64,000 nt of DNA from an uncultured Ectothiorhodospiraceae bacterium (GCA_964408855.1 CAYPBB010000017.1:2148-66147); one strand, 5' to 3'; positions 1-10,853 are shown, numbered from the stretch's first letter. Made by a program: numbers and translations. The notes: generated from the sequence alone by a model not told the origin.

Positions 1-1557
1 GAAGCGATGGCGGCGGAAACCAGCGCGCGCACGCTGGAAGAAGCATTCGAAGGCATCGACGTCTTTTTCGGTCTCTCCGGCGCGAACCTCGTGTCCCAGG
101 ACATGGTGCGGAAAATGGCGAAAGACCCCATTATTTTCGCCATGGCAAATCCCGATCCGGAAATCACCTACGAAGACGCAGTCGCCGCCCGCCCCGATGT
201 CATCATGGCGACGGGCCGATCCGATTACCCGAACCAGGTCAACAACGTTCTTGGCTTCCCCTTCATTTTCCGGGGAGCGCTCGACGTCCGTGCGACGGCG
301 ATCAACGAAGAGATGAAGCAGGCCGCTTCGTACGCGCTTGCCAAACTTGCGAAGGAAGAAGTACCCGACAGCGTCAAACGCGCCTACGGGGCGAAGGAAA
401 TGTCGTTCGGCCGCGAATACATCATTCCAAAACCGTTCGATCCCCGCGTACTCACGTGGGTCGCTCCGGCTGTCGCGCAGGCGGCAATGGATACAGGCGT
501 CGCCCGCATCTTGATCGACGATATGGATAAGTACCGCATGCAGCTCGATATCCGGATGGGCAGATCGCAGGTCGTCATGTCGCCGATTTACAGCAAAGCG
601 CATAACGTTCCCAAGCGGATTGTCTTCCCCGAAGGCGACCAGATGCGCATCATGAAAGCGGCGCAGCTCGCCGCCGACGACGGTATCGCCATGCCGGTGC
701 TTCTCGGCAACGAAAAAGATATCCGCAAGGTAGCGGAAGAACACGGCTGCGATCTCAGCGGTTGCGAAATCATCGATCCGTTCCGCTCGACGAAGATCGA
801 TTCGTATGTCGCCGAATACCATCGTCTTCGCCAGCGCAAAGGCGTTACTATCGCCAGCGCACGGCAACGCCTGACACGCATACGCAATTATTACGGCGCG
901 ATGATGGTGCACATGGGCGATGCAGACGGCATGATCTCGGGCTATACGCTTTCGTATCCGGAGACCATCAAACCTGCGCTCGATATCATCGGCAAAGATC
1001 CAAAGTACGGCAAGGTCTCCGGATGCTACATCCTGTCGATCAACAATCAGTCGTATTTCCTCGCCGATACAACGGTCAACATCGATCCGACGGCCGAAGA
1101 TCTGGCCGACATCGCCTTGCAGACGGCAAACCTTGTCACCTATTTCGATATACAGCCGCGCGTGGCGCTGCTTTCGTACAGCAATTTCGGAAGCGCAAAA
1201 GGCAACTCATCCGAGAACGCCGTCAAAGCGCTCGATATTGTGCGGAAGAGAATGCCGGGACTGATGATCGACGGCGAGATGCAGGCAGATACCGCCGTTG
1301 TGCCCGAAATCCGCGATGAGACGTTCCCGTTCAGCGACTTGAAAGGCAGAGCGAACGTGCTGGTATTCCCCAACCTGGATGCCGGCAATATCGCCTACAA
1401 ACTCCTCATCCGGCTCGGCAATGCCAAGCCAATCGGACCGATCCTGCTTGGTATGCAGAAACCGGTGCACGTGCTCCAACGCGGATGCGAGATTAGCGAG
1501 ATCCTCGATATGATCGCCATTGCCGTTGTCGACGCCCACAAGCATCAGACTGCCTGA
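1..1557 (+). CDS. maeB: NADP-dependent malic enzyme, 5'-truncated at window edge (malic-enzyme NAD-binding domain fused to C-terminal phosphotransacetylase-like domain)
   Basis: Open frame from nt 1. Motifs '[10 protein letters not shown]', '[25 protein letters not shown]' (malic enzyme), then the PTA-like '[33 protein letters not shown]'. Confidence 0.85.
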   Translation, partial: EAMAAETSARTLEEAFEGIDVFFGLSGANLVSQDMVRKMAKDPIIFAMANPDPEITYEDAVAARPDVIMATGRSDYPNQVNNVLGFPFIFRGALDVRATAINEEMKQAASYALAKLAKEEVPDSVKRAYGAKEMSFGREYIIPKPFDPRVLTWVAPAVAQAAMDTGVARILIDDMDKYRMQLDIRMGRSQVVMSPIYSKAHNVPKRIVFPEGDQMRIMKAAQLAADDGIAMPVLLGNEKDIRKVAEEHGCDLSGCEIIDPFRSTKIDSYVAEYHRLRQRKGVTIASARQRLTRIRNYYGAMMVHMGDADGMISGYTLSYPETIKPALDIIGKDPKYGKVSGCYILSINNQSYFLADTTVNIDPTAEDLADIALQTANLVTYFDIQPRVALLSYSNFGSAKGNSSENAVKALDIVRKRMPGLMIDGEMQADTAVVPEIRDETFPFSDLKGRANVLVFPNLDAGNIAYKLLIRLGNAKPIGPILLGMQKPVHVLQRGCEISEILDMIAIAVVDAHKHQTA

Positions 1558-1576
1558 TCCCAATCTTCTTCAATTG

Positions 1577-1609
1577 AAAACGCCCGGCTTGTGCATTGCC
1601 GGGCGTTTT
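1577..1609. terminator. Bidirectional rho-independent terminator hairpin between convergent maeB and Yip1 genes
   Basis: aaaacgcccggc-ttgtgcatt-gccgggcgtttt: perfect 12-bp stem with A-run and T-run flanks. Confidence 0.55.
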
Positions 1610-1631
1610 CGTTTCCGAATGAGCAACAGGG

Positions 1632-2207
1632 TTACCCAAATGTTGCGTACAACATCAGAACACTCAGCAGCAGCAGTAATCCTCCGCCAAGCAGAACGGC
1701 TGTTCCCGACAGGATGACGAGTGTAAGCAAGGCGAAAACAGTCGCGTTCGGCTTATCCATCCCGAACATCGCGGGGGCTCCGGCGTTCAGAAGATATGCC
1801 GAATACACCAGTCCTCCGCCGAACAGCGCCATCCCAGCAACCGGGACCGTTCTGAACAGCGCTCCAAGCATCAGTCCCGTGCTTCCGTACGCGAGGTAAC
1901 AAAGCGAACTCCGGTATGAAGCCCGTCCATCCAGTTTCCCGGCAATAGGAGAAATAAACGCCGCCGATAAAAACACTGTGGTAGCGAACACGGCAATCTG
2001 GAACACGCCGAAAGCGATATTCAACACGCGCTCGCCGCTCCCGGCAGTGTAGGCGTAGAGCACGACCGCTACTGCGTAGAACGACAGAAATAACGCCATG
2101 AATACAAGCGCTGTTGCCGTATTGAACTCTTCTTCGGCGATGCGCTGCCATTCGCGCGACGGCGCCGAAACGAGACCCCAAAACCTTTTGACGATGCTCA
2201 TAATCAA
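1632..2207 (-). CDS. Yip1-domain family integral membrane protein
   Basis: Multi-TM, N-terminal 'KRFWGLVSAPSREWQRIAEEE' (Yip1/DUF1282-like). Paralogous to the next gene. Confidence 0.5.
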   Translation of the reverse strand: MIMSIVKRFWGLVSAPSREWQRIAEEEFNTATALVFMALFLSFYAVAVVLYAYTAGSGERVLNIAFGVFQIAVFATTVFLSAAFISPIAGKLDGRASYRSSLCYLAYGSTGLMLGALFRTVPVAGMALFGGGLVYSAYLLNAGAPAMFGMDKPNATVFALLTLVILSGTAVLLGGGLLLLLSVLMLYATFG

Positions 2208-2341
2208 TGTGCTGCTGTTGGCAGAGGTACGGTTTGATAAATCAGACGCCGGTTCAGAAAACCGGCGTCGCGTGGAATTATTCGTTATCGCGGCGTACGA
2301 AACCGTGAAATGCCGATGCTATCTCAATCAAGCGCAGGTTT

Positions 2342-2935
2342 CTACAACGAAAACATCGAAGCCGCGCCGAATCCAAACACTGCAAGTATCGCGAGTATGA
2401 TTGCCGATAGTATCGTAATCAAGAGGAAGTATAGTCCGATCATGACAAGGACAGTAACAATCATATAAATAACAATCTTGTCCTGCGGCGTCTTCATTGT
2501 ATCCGGGAAACCGAGATACAGCGTGTAAATTGAATACACCCATCCTGCCAGTGAAACGAGCCATCCGACAAACGGAATGATATTGAAAAAACCGCCGACC
2601 CATTGCGCGGTGGTTCCGTATACGACGAGCTGGAGCGATCTTCCAAAGTTCTTCTCCGACCCGAAACTGGTTGCGAGCGCGTTGACAACTAGCGCGATGA
2701 GAAACGTTCCCAGAATACTGCTGATGTATCCGGCAATACCCATACCGATGCCTATGGCAATTCCCAACGGTCCCAGTAACCCGGTACCGATAAGAGTACC
2801 CACGAAAGGAATCGCCGCCATGGGCAGCATGTATCCAACGACGATTTCCTGCGTGACGGGTTCCTCGCTTCCGATAACCTGCCATTCATCCTTCGGTTTC
2901 ATGAGGATATTTTTTGCTCGGTCTACAAGGTTCAT
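2342..2935 (-). CDS. Yip1-domain family integral membrane protein (paralog)
   Basis: N-terminal 'ILMKPKDEWQVIGSEEP' parallels the upstream paralog. Five predicted TM segments. Confidence 0.5.
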   Translation of the reverse strand: MNLVDRAKNILMKPKDEWQVIGSEEPVTQEIVVGYMLPMAAIPFVGTLIGTGLLGPLGIAIGIGMGIAGYISSILGTFLIALVVNALATSFGSEKNFGRSLQLVVYGTTAQWVGGFFNIIPFVGWLVSLAGWVYSIYTLYLGFPDTMKTPQDKIVIYMIVTVLVMIGLYFLLITILSAIILAILAVFGFGAASMFSL

Positions 2936-3127
2936 ATTCTTCTCCTGTAATAGATGAATGACTTCTGTATTGGTAACGCGTTGAATCCAGCGATATAATG
3001 CAATATTACATCCCGCCGGGCGAAAAAAGGATGAAATGATGGATTGCGTATGCCTAATGTTGTATTCTTTTTTTGCAAAAACAAATGCAATAAACGCGCC
3101 GAAGCGCGTTTTGACATATAAGCCGGA

Positions 3128-3901
3128 CTATTTGCCTTTCCATGAAGGGTGGCGTTTCTCGACAAACGCCTGCATACCTTCTTTCGAATCCTCGGAAGCG
3201 AATAAGAGGTAAAAATTCTTCCGCTCGAACTCCAGCCCCACTTCGATCGTGGTATCGAACGATTTGAGAACGCTCTCCTTGGCAAGACGCACCGAAAGCG
3301 GCGGGCGCGCGGCGATTTCCTTCGCAAGGAGCTTGGCTTCCTTCAAATACAGCTCGACAGGCACAACGCGTAGCACCAAACCGTATTCCTTCGCCTCCAG
3401 AGCTGAGATCGGCTTGCCGGTGAGCACCATTTCCATTGCCTTTTGTTTACCTACCGCGCGCGTAAGCCGCTGCGTTCCGCCTGCGCCGGGCATGACGCCG
3501 ATATTGATTTCCGGCTGACCGAATTTCGCGGTTTCGGATGCGATGATGATATCGCATATCATCGTGAGCTCGCAACCGCCGCCGAGCGCGAATCCGCTTA
3601 CAGCGGCGATAATGGGTTTCTTGATCTTTCTGATTTTGTCCCATTTGGCGAACTGGTCGCGCACCAACATATCGACCGCTCCGGCATGTGCCATCTCCTT
3701 GATATCCGCACCCGCGGCAAACGCCTTCTCATTCCCATGAATTATGATGACGCGGATCGAATCGTCGGCGTCGAATGTCTGAAGCGCATCCACAAGCTCG
3801 TCCATCAGACGAAGATTCAATGCGTTCAGCACTTCCGGACGGTGAAGTTGTACAACTCCAATCGCGTCTTCAACGGAAACAATGATATGGTCGTAGTTCA
3901 T
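3128..3901 (-). CDS. Enoyl-CoA hydratase/isomerase (crotonase family)
   Basis: 'VVQLHRPEVLNALN', 'IIIHGNEKAFAAGADIKEM', 'AAVSGFALGGGCELTMICD' crotonase motifs. Confidence 0.85.
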   Translation of the reverse strand: MNYDHIIVSVEDAIGVVQLHRPEVLNALNLRLMDELVDALQTFDADDSIRVIIIHGNEKAFAAGADIKEMAHAGAVDMLVRDQFAKWDKIRKIKKPIIAAVSGFALGGGCELTMICDIIIASETAKFGQPEINIGVMPGAGGTQRLTRAVGKQKAMEMVLTGKPISALEAKEYGLVLRVVPVELYLKEAKLLAKEIAARPPLSVRLAKESVLKSFDTTIEVGLEFERKNFYLLFASEDSKEGMQAFVEKRHPSWKGK

Positions 3902-3922
3902 GCGTCAGCTTTCGAAATGGTA

Positions 3923-4816
3923 TTATATACGAATTTTAATTTTCAGATCTCCGCCGGTCACAATCTGAAGCACGCTATCGAGCCTGGTCACGATTTTATC
4001 GATCCGCGATACGAGGGAGGTATCGTACAGCGCCTTCGACACAAGCCCGTTTCCGGTTCGGATATCCTGCGTCAACTGATTGAGCGAAACGAGGAGTGTG
4101 TCCGTCGAGGCAAGCACGCCGTCCGTCCGATCGATCGTACCCGCGACGCGCGGTTCGATTTCGGTTATCAACGTATCGACGTTTCTGGTCAATCTGTTCA
4201 TGGAAACCGCAAGCTCCCTGATATCGTTCCGGTTTTCTCCGAGGACGCTCCGCGTTTCAATCACCAGCGCGCGGAGGTTCACCGCGGCATCTTTCAGCGA
4301 GGCAATAAACGCTTCGTCTCCGACGATGGTGTTTGCATTCTGCAGTAACTCGTTCGCGTTCTCGCCCAGTTCCCTGACATTGCCTTCGAGATTTCCGATC
4401 AGATGCAACGCCCCTGCGATATCCGGATCGACGGAACCTTCGAGAACCGCATCGGCGGGAAACACGCCCGGTCCGGCGCCCTGCATGATTTCAATCTTCT
4501 TGCCTCCCATCAACTCGAGCATCTGAATTGCCGCGGATGCTCCCTCGAGTATCTCCACATCCGAATCGATCGAGGCATAGACGATGACCGACGACTTATC
4601 GAGGGCGACCGACTCCACCTTGCCGATATCCACTCCGTTCAGCGCGACCTCGTCGCCGGTCTGCAGCCCGGCGGATACCGGGAAGCGAAGCACCATGCGT
4701 TTCTGCGATGAGAGCAGCGACCACTCCTTGAATGCGGCAAAGCCGCCGAGCAGGATAACGATTCCCAGCACGACCGTGAATCCGACCTTCATTTCGGTCT
4801 TCCGTTGATCTATCAT
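3923..4816 (-). CDS. MlaD/MCE-domain protein (outer-membrane lipid asymmetry family)
   Basis: N-terminal TM followed by an MCE fold: 'FPVSAGLQTGDEVALNGVDIGKVESVAL'. MlaE and MlaF are not adjacent. Confidence 0.65.
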   Translation of the reverse strand: MIDQRKTEMKVGFTVVLGIVILLGGFAAFKEWSLLSSQKRMVLRFPVSAGLQTGDEVALNGVDIGKVESVALDKSSVIVYASIDSDVEILEGASAAIQMLELMGGKKIEIMQGAGPGVFPADAVLEGSVDPDIAGALHLIGNLEGNVRELGENANELLQNANTIVGDEAFIASLKDAAVNLRALVIETRSVLGENRNDIRELAVSMNRLTRNVDTLITEIEPRVAGTIDRTDGVLASTDTLLVSLNQLTQDIRTGNGLVSKALYDTSLVSRIDKIVTRLDSVLQIVTGGDLKIKIRI

Positions 4817-4831
4817 GGAAAACGCCGCCTT

Positions 4832-5053
4832 CTATTTGTTAAAGAGCTTGTCGAGGGGATTTCCTTTCGGACGCGATGCAACGACATATTTCTCAAACAT
4901 TGCCTCTAGCTTTCGTTTGGAGAGTTCGTCCAAATCCTCATCGTCCTTATCGCGCTTAACGAACATCTGGAATTCCTCGTATTCGGCGCGCGCCATTTTC
5001 GCTTCGAAGTCCCGAAGCTCCCTGATCATTTTATGCTGTTCGATGCTGGTCAT
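4832..5053 (-). CDS. Small highly charged hypothetical protein (73 aa)
   Basis: ORF only. Lys/Glu/Asp-rich helical sequence with no recognisable motif. Confidence 0.3.
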   Translation of the reverse strand: MTSIEQHKMIRELRDFEAKMARAEYEEFQMFVKRDKDDEDLDELSKRKLEAMFEKYVVASRPKGNPLDKLFNK

Positions 5054-5109
5054 TGCACAACCTCAGAAATAAATCGACTACCAGCAAAATATACGAAGCT
5101 GTGCGGGGA

Positions 5110-6582
5110 TTATGAATTCTTCAGCATTGGATCTAATGCATCGCGAAGTCCGTCGCCGACGAGGTTGAAACTAACAACGGTGAGGACGATTGCCAGACCT
5201 GGAAGTGTCGTAATCCACCAGGCGGTAACGAGGAAGTCCTTTCCTTCGTAAATGATATTGCCCCAACTTGCGGTAGGTTGTTGCACGCCGAGATTGAGGA
5301 AACTGAGCGCAGCTTCGAGCAGAATGATTCCGCCGATGCGCAGCGTAGCGTTCACCACGATCGGCGTCATTGCATTGGGCAAGAGATGTCTGAAAAGGAT
5401 ACGGACGTGGCTCAACCCGAGCGCCTTCGCTGCAAGAATGAAATCGCGCTCCTTGAGCGACAACACCTCTGCGCGGACCAAACGCGCAACTCCCATCCAG
5501 GTCGTTAGTCCGAGGATAATAACGACGAGAAGAATCCGCGGCGCTTCCGTTTTTTCGAACACTGCGATGAAGATCAGAATCAGAAACAACGAGGGAAACG
5601 CGAGAAGTACATCCACACACCGCATGATGATGCTGTCGGTTTTCCCTCCGAAATATCCGGCAGATAATCCGATCACAGTGCCGAGTACCACCGATAGTAA
5701 TACAGCGATAAATCCCAGGGACAGTGAAATTCTGGATCCGTAAATGATACGGCTGAGAATGTCTCTTCCGTAACTATCAGTGCCGAGGATGTGCAGCCGT
5801 TCGGTGGCAAACTTCGCGGGATCGGGATCGACGAGTGTGGCGATCCGGATTTCGATCCGCTCTCTACCCGCAGTGGCGATGACGCGGTCCTGTTCAATGC
5901 GGAATGCATCGACATAGCGGACATGCTCGTTGCGCCGTTGAAGCAGCACCTTATCGATGCGCATCAGCGAGGCGTACATTTCCGGATACTCTGTCTTCAG
6001 AATGAATCCCTTCCCCGGTCCTCCGTTCATCGGCTGCTCTTTCTCCCGGAGAGCAATGGATGTGCTGAGAGGCGGTTTGAACTGCGTCACGACGCCGTCC
6101 TGGAATTCGTTCGGATCCATTGGAGCGATATACGGACAGAGGAAGGCGATGGAGTACAGCGCCGCGATAATCACCAATCCGGCGACAGCGCTTTTCTGAT
6201 GGACGAATGCGTTCCAGCTTATTTCCAATTGACTCCGTTCGCGGTCGTCGCCGTCCGACGTCCGTTTGATATATTTCCGGTCGAGATACCAGATCATCGC
6301 CGGAGCCGATAGCGCAAAGAGCGCGGCGACCCAGTGTTCCATCAGCTCGGGACGGAGGATGCGCGCCTTGAGATCCGGATCGAGTCCGAGCAGAATAAGC
6401 GACATGAAAAATGAAATAATCCCGGAAACCACCTTCTGGAAATGAACCGCTATCAGCAGCGGAAATACCAGAAAACCACAAAGAACAAGAGCGCCGATTT
6501 TCCAGTTGCCCCGGGCTATATGTTCGACGCCCGGAAGAACGCGGAGAAATCGGAGGAGTGTATGTGACATGGATTGCCGCAT
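5110..6582 (-). CDS. ABC peptide transporter permease (OppC/DppC-like), with long N-terminal extension
   Basis: C-terminal binding-protein-dependent permease motifs: 'GTDSYGRDILSRIIYGSRISL', 'ILLEAALSFLNLGVQQP'. Start set at the ATG 2 nt after the upstream gene's stop (MRQSMSHT). The track ORF extends further but overlaps the upstream gene. Confidence 0.75.
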   Translation of the reverse strand: MRQSMSHTLLRFLRVLPGVEHIARGNWKIGALVLCGFLVFPLLIAVHFQKVVSGIISFFMSLILLGLDPDLKARILRPELMEHWVAALFALSAPAMIWYLDRKYIKRTSDGDDRERSQLEISWNAFVHQKSAVAGLVIIAALYSIAFLCPYIAPMDPNEFQDGVVTQFKPPLSTSIALREKEQPMNGGPGKGFILKTEYPEMYASLMRIDKVLLQRRNEHVRYVDAFRIEQDRVIATAGRERIEIRIATLVDPDPAKFATERLHILGTDSYGRDILSRIIYGSRISLSLGFIAVLLSVVLGTVIGLSAGYFGGKTDSIIMRCVDVLLAFPSLFLILIFIAVFEKTEAPRILLVVIILGLTTWMGVARLVRAEVLSLKERDFILAAKALGLSHVRILFRHLLPNAMTPIVVNATLRIGGIILLEAALSFLNLGVQQPTASWGNIIYEGKDFLVTAWWITTLPGLAIVLTVVSFNLVGDGLRDALDPMLKNS

Positions 6583-6584
6583 GA

Positions 6585-7550
6585 TCAGTAGAGCCTGATA
6601 CGGGGATCGGCGACGGCGTAGAGAATGTCGGCGGCAAGATTGCCCAGGATTACCATCACGCCCGAGACCAGGGTACAGCCGATGATCAGCGGATAATCGC
6701 GGGCAAAAATGGCGTCGATCGTCAGCTTGCCCATACCAGGCCAAGCGAATACTGTTTCGATGATCACTGCCCCGCCCAGTAAAAACGGCAGCGACAATCC
6801 GACAATGGTGATTATCGGAATGAGCGCATTACGAAGCGCATGTTTCCAGACGACGATGCGCTCGGGCATGCCTTTCGCTCTCGCCATCCGGATATAGTCC
6901 TGATGGATCACCTCGAGCAGACTTCCACGCATAAAGCGACCCGTGCCCGCAGCCGAAGCGACGCCGAGGACGAAGACGGGCAACACCATGTGCTTCAGCA
7001 CATCGAGAACGTACTCGCCGGTCGACATCATATCCGCGAACGGAGACTGCATGCCGGATGCCGGAAAAACAGGAATAAACTCGGAGAACAGGAGAATCAG
7101 CATGAGCGCGAGCCAGAATTCTGGCATCGAGTAAATGAACAGCGCAAAAATACCGGCAAAATAGTCGGTATTCGTCCCACGCTTCATTGCCGTCGCGACG
7201 CCGAGGAGTACGCCGAGGAGGATATTCACCAAGAGCGCGGAAGTGGTCAGGAGCAATGTGTTGGGAACTGTTTCGAGGATGATATCAGTCACAGGTACAT
7301 GCTTGCTGAACGAGATCCCCAGTTCTCCGGTAAGAGCGCTCCGGAACCAATGATAAAACTGCACAAGAATAGGTTGGTCGAGTCCGAGATTCGAGCGCAG
7401 CCGGGCAGCCATCTGCGGATCGACAGCGTCTTGTATATAGAACGATGTCGGGTCGCCCGGAGCGAGGTGGATAACGATGAATGTAATTGTAAGCAAACCA
7501 AATAACAGCGGAATTGCAGCGAGCACTCGTTTCAGGATATAGACACTCAT
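6585..7550 (-). CDS. ABC peptide transporter permease (OppB/DppB-like)
   Basis: 'MSVYILKRVLAAIPLLFGLLTITFIVIHLAPGDP', EAA-like loop 'RMARAKGMPERIVVWKHALRNA'. Confidence 0.8.
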   Translation of the reverse strand: MSVYILKRVLAAIPLLFGLLTITFIVIHLAPGDPTSFYIQDAVDPQMAARLRSNLGLDQPILVQFYHWFRSALTGELGISFSKHVPVTDIILETVPNTLLLTTSALLVNILLGVLLGVATAMKRGTNTDYFAGIFALFIYSMPEFWLALMLILLFSEFIPVFPASGMQSPFADMMSTGEYVLDVLKHMVLPVFVLGVASAAGTGRFMRGSLLEVIHQDYIRMARAKGMPERIVVWKHALRNALIPIITIVGLSLPFLLGGAVIIETVFAWPGMGKLTIDAIFARDYPLIIGCTLVSGVMVILGNLAADILYAVADPRIRLY

Positions 7551-7607
7551 TGCAATTCCGCGTTAGTTGGTTACAAATAGAACCGTATACCGTGCTTCCC
7601 CGCGCCC

Positions 7608-9293
7608 TCAATAAGTGGCATAGGAATTCGGATCGCCGATGGACCAATCCCACATCTTGTCGAGCGGGCCAAGCACGTTGACGTTGGTGTTTTTCAGACG
7701 CCGGTTGATGCCGACGATATCCTTCACCCAGAAAAGGAATGTACACGGCTGCTCCTGATGGAGGATCGCCTGAATCTCCTTCCAGAACCGCGCGGCTTCG
7801 CGGTCGTTGCCGACGTGCATACCGAGATTGATGAGCTCGAGAACCCGGGCGTTGATGAAGCCCGTATTATTGAACGGGTTCGCGATGCTTCCCCACCTGT
7901 CGGATGGATCGATGGCGAGACCGGACGAGAACCCGGCGATAAACGCATCATAGTTCTTATTCCCGACGTTATCGAAAAAGACGACCGGATCGACCGCCTT
8001 CGGATTAACCTTGATTCCGAGTTCCTTCAGGTTGCCCTGGATGATCGTTGCGCTGTATTCGCGCCGCTTGTTGCCGGCGTTGTAGTGCAAGGTGAACTCG
8101 AATTTCTTCCCGTCCTTATCCAGAATGCCGTCGCCGTCGGTATCCGACCAGCCGGCCTGTGCCAGCAACGCGCGCGCCTTGTCCGGATCGTAGGCATACG
8201 GAATGAGGTCCGTATTGATCGCCCATCGAAAGATGGGAGAAATGTCGCTGACAGCCAGCTCGCCGAATTGTTTCAGTTTCGTGTCCAGAATTTCCTTGCG
8301 GTTGATTCCGAAGGTGAGCGCCTGACGGACACGCGTATCGCCGAAGAGCTTATGCGGCACAATCGTCTTGCCGTTGCTCTTGTGGTATTCCTCGAAATCG
8401 ATATTCGCCCAGCCGACATATTCATAGCCGCGCGGCGGCAGGGTTTCGAGTTTGATATCCGGGCAGTCTTTCTGGATATCCTTTACATCTTCGGGGTAGA
8501 TCGGCCACATCATATCGAGCGTGCCTTTCTTCAACTCGGTCAGACGTGTGGTCGGTTCGGTAATCACACGGGCGATCACGCGTTCGAGCTTTGCCGGATA
8601 GGGGAGTACCGATTTTTTATTTGCGAGCAACTCGACTTCCTGCTGCCGTATCCATTTATTGACGCGGAAGGGACCGGCGCCGATCGGCTGCTCGTTCGCA
8701 GGATTCGATCTCAGCGTCGCCCTGTCGGCGTTCTTATAGATATGGTATGGAATCGGGGAAAGGTTTAGATGAAACAACTGTTGAGGATACTTATGCGTGA
8801 AATGGAATACGATCGTCGTATCGTCGATGACGGTTATCGATTTTTCGGGATCGAATTTTCCATTTGTATGAATCATATTATCGACATAGTTGCTGCGGGC
8901 GCTGGCAACCAGCGGGTCGCCGTAGAGAGAGTAACTGAACTTTATATCGTCGGTGGTAACCGGCATCCCGTCTTCCCAGCGGACGTCGTTACGGATGATG
9001 AGCAAGACATCTTTCCCGTCGTTTTTGAATTCCCACGATTTAACGAGTCCGGGTTTATAGATCAACTTTCCTTCTGTAATATCGAATTCGATATCGAACA
9101 TCATGGGATAGACGACAGAATTCAGTTGCTGCGAAGCCGCAACATCGGACACCACAGGGTTGAAATTATCGACATCGCCGGTGATGGCGATGACCGCGCT
9201 AACCTCCCTGATATCGGATGAGCCGCTGTTTTTCCCGCATGAAACGAGAATGCAGACCAGCGCCAGAAATAAAAACACGTAGCGAGGAGACAT
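7608..9293 (-). CDS. ABC transporter substrate-binding lipoprotein, family 5 (oligopeptide/dipeptide type)
   Basis: Lipobox 'LVSCGK' after a signal peptide. SBP_bac_5-like length and motifs ('VDNMIHTNGKFDPEK'). Confidence 0.8.
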   Translation of the reverse strand: MSPRYVFLFLALVCILVSCGKNSGSSDIREVSAVIAITGDVDNFNPVVSDVAASQQLNSVVYPMMFDIEFDITEGKLIYKPGLVKSWEFKNDGKDVLLIIRNDVRWEDGMPVTTDDIKFSYSLYGDPLVASARSNYVDNMIHTNGKFDPEKSITVIDDTTIVFHFTHKYPQQLFHLNLSPIPYHIYKNADRATLRSNPANEQPIGAGPFRVNKWIRQQEVELLANKKSVLPYPAKLERVIARVITEPTTRLTELKKGTLDMMWPIYPEDVKDIQKDCPDIKLETLPPRGYEYVGWANIDFEEYHKSNGKTIVPHKLFGDTRVRQALTFGINRKEILDTKLKQFGELAVSDISPIFRWAINTDLIPYAYDPDKARALLAQAGWSDTDGDGILDKDGKKFEFTLHYNAGNKRREYSATIIQGNLKELGIKVNPKAVDPVVFFDNVGNKNYDAFIAGFSSGLAIDPSDRWGSIANPFNNTGFINARVLELINLGMHVGNDREAARFWKEIQAILHQEQPCTFLFWVKDIVGINRRLKNTNVNVLGPLDKMWDWSIGDPNSYATY

Positions 9294-9420
9294 ACGACCT
9301 CCGTTGAAAGGTGACTTCTATGTTGTTGAAAGCTGAGTGAAGCGCGATTGTACTGTTTGGTTGCTCACCGGAAAAAACGCAAAAAAGGTATAAAAATCAA
9401 CTATATCGAAGAATATTCTC

Positions 9421-10455
9421 TTATTCGAAATCGTGCTCGAACCAATCGATCATCCGGTCGGATTTTGACCCGTTCGCTTTCTTCTCCAGCTTCTCCTGCA
9501 ACCTGTTCGAAAACTCCACCGCAGCGTCGTATCCGTAGTGCCGAAGCAAGTAATTCAACGCAATCACTTCCGAGATCACGGTGACGTTCTTGCCCGGAAA
9601 GATCGGCAATACGACATGGGGGATCGGGACCCCGAGGATCGAAGCCTCGCGCGCATCGAGTCCCGTACGCGTATAATCCTTGTTCTCGCGCCATTCTTCA
9701 AGTTGTACGACCACTTCGACGCGTTTCTGAAATCTGATGGCGCGGATTCCGAACATACTGCGGATATCGATCAATCCGAGTCCGCGCACTTCCATAAAAT
9801 GCTTGACCAGATCGGTTCCCGAACCCATCAGAATGCCCTCGCCTTTTCGCGTTACCATAATCACATCGTCGGCGACAAGGCGGTGGCCTCGCTCAACAAG
9901 ATCGAGCGCGATCTCGCTTTTACCGATTCCCGAGCGCCCGATGAAGAGCAATCCGACGCCGTACACGTCGAGAAACGAACCGTGAATCACGGTCTGCGGA
10001 GCGAACTGATCGTCGAGGAAATCGCTTACAAAAAAGTGTACCTTCGTGGTTTCGTACTGCGAAACAAACACAGGGACGTTGTGTTTTGTAGCCTGATCGA
10101 GCAACCGGGGCGGCAGCGAATGTCCGTTGGTGACCACGATACAAGGGATTTCGAACTGAAGAAGACGTGAGAACGATTCGAACTGTTCTTCTTCGGAAAG
10201 AGACTGCAGGTACTTGAGCTCGGTATTTCCGAACAATTGCACGCGGTGATACGTGAACAGACCGACATAGCCGGCAAGGGCAAGCCCCGGACGATGAAGG
10301 TTTTTATCCGTGATTTCGCGTTCAAGATGCTCGAGTCCGTTTGCCGAAGCGAGCTGGATTCGATTCTTGTTATTCTCGAACAACACCTTCGTCGAGATAT
10401 TCTTTTTGACGATTTCCTTGAGATTCGCCAGCGGTTTGGGGAGTTCGTGTTCCAT
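9421..10455 (-). CDS. hprK: HPr kinase/phosphorylase
   Basis: Walker A 'GRSGIGKSE', 'LVADDVIMV', 'EVRGLGLIDIRSMFG' signature of HprK. Confidence 0.85.
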   Translation of the reverse strand: MEHELPKPLANLKEIVKKNISTKVLFENNKNRIQLASANGLEHLEREITDKNLHRPGLALAGYVGLFTYHRVQLFGNTELKYLQSLSEEEQFESFSRLLQFEIPCIVVTNGHSLPPRLLDQATKHNVPVFVSQYETTKVHFFVSDFLDDQFAPQTVIHGSFLDVYGVGLLFIGRSGIGKSEIALDLVERGHRLVADDVIMVTRKGEGILMGSGTDLVKHFMEVRGLGLIDIRSMFGIRAIRFQKRVEVVVQLEEWRENKDYTRTGLDAREASILGVPIPHVVLPIFPGKNVTVISEVIALNYLLRHYGYDAAVEFSNRLQEKLEKKANGSKSDRMIDWFEHDFE

Positions 10456-10463
10456 AGCAAAGT

Positions 10464-10490
10464 AAAAAAAGGGCGGGCATTTGCCCGCCC
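10464..10490 (-). terminator. Rho-independent terminator downstream of hpf
   Basis: gggcgggcatttgcccgccc, 8-bp GC stem, followed on the minus strand by a run of seven T. Confidence 0.55.
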
Positions 10491-10527
10491 GGTGGATAAG
10501 TTCAGTTCAATATCACGGGAAGCCCGG

Positions 10528-10824
10528 TCACTTTTTGCGGCGCTTGTCCTTGTACCGCACCAACTGCCGTTCGAGTTTATTCACGGCTACGTCGATGGAT
10601 TTGTAGAAATCTTCGGACTGCTCGACGGCGACCAAGTTCGTTCCATACACCGAGAGGCTGATTTCTGCAGTTTTCGATGAATCCTTCACCTTCTCGAAAC
10701 TGAGAATAATCGTTCCGTTCAGAATGCCGTCGTAATACTTTTTCAGGGTTTCCACCTGGCTGAGCGCGTATTGCTTCAAGCCATCGTGCGCCTTGAAATG
10801 TCGGGCAGTGAATTGTACGTTCAT
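10528..10824 (-). CDS. hpf: Ribosome hibernation promoting factor / RaiA (short form)
   Basis: 98 aa. 'MNVQFTARHF...ISLSVYGTNLVAVEQSEDFYKSIDVAVNKLERQL', typical S30AE family. Confidence 0.85.
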   Translation of the reverse strand: MNVQFTARHFKAHDGLKQYALSQVETLKKYYDGILNGTIILSFEKVKDSSKTAEISLSVYGTNLVAVEQSEDFYKSIDVAVNKLERQLVRYKDKRRKK

Positions 10825-10853
10825 AATACGCTCCTTTATGCATTAAAGGTTAA

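Noticed and set aside
7758-9221. 336-aa and 150-aa plus-strand ORFs
   Set aside because: Antisense to the substrate-binding protein gene. Artefact.
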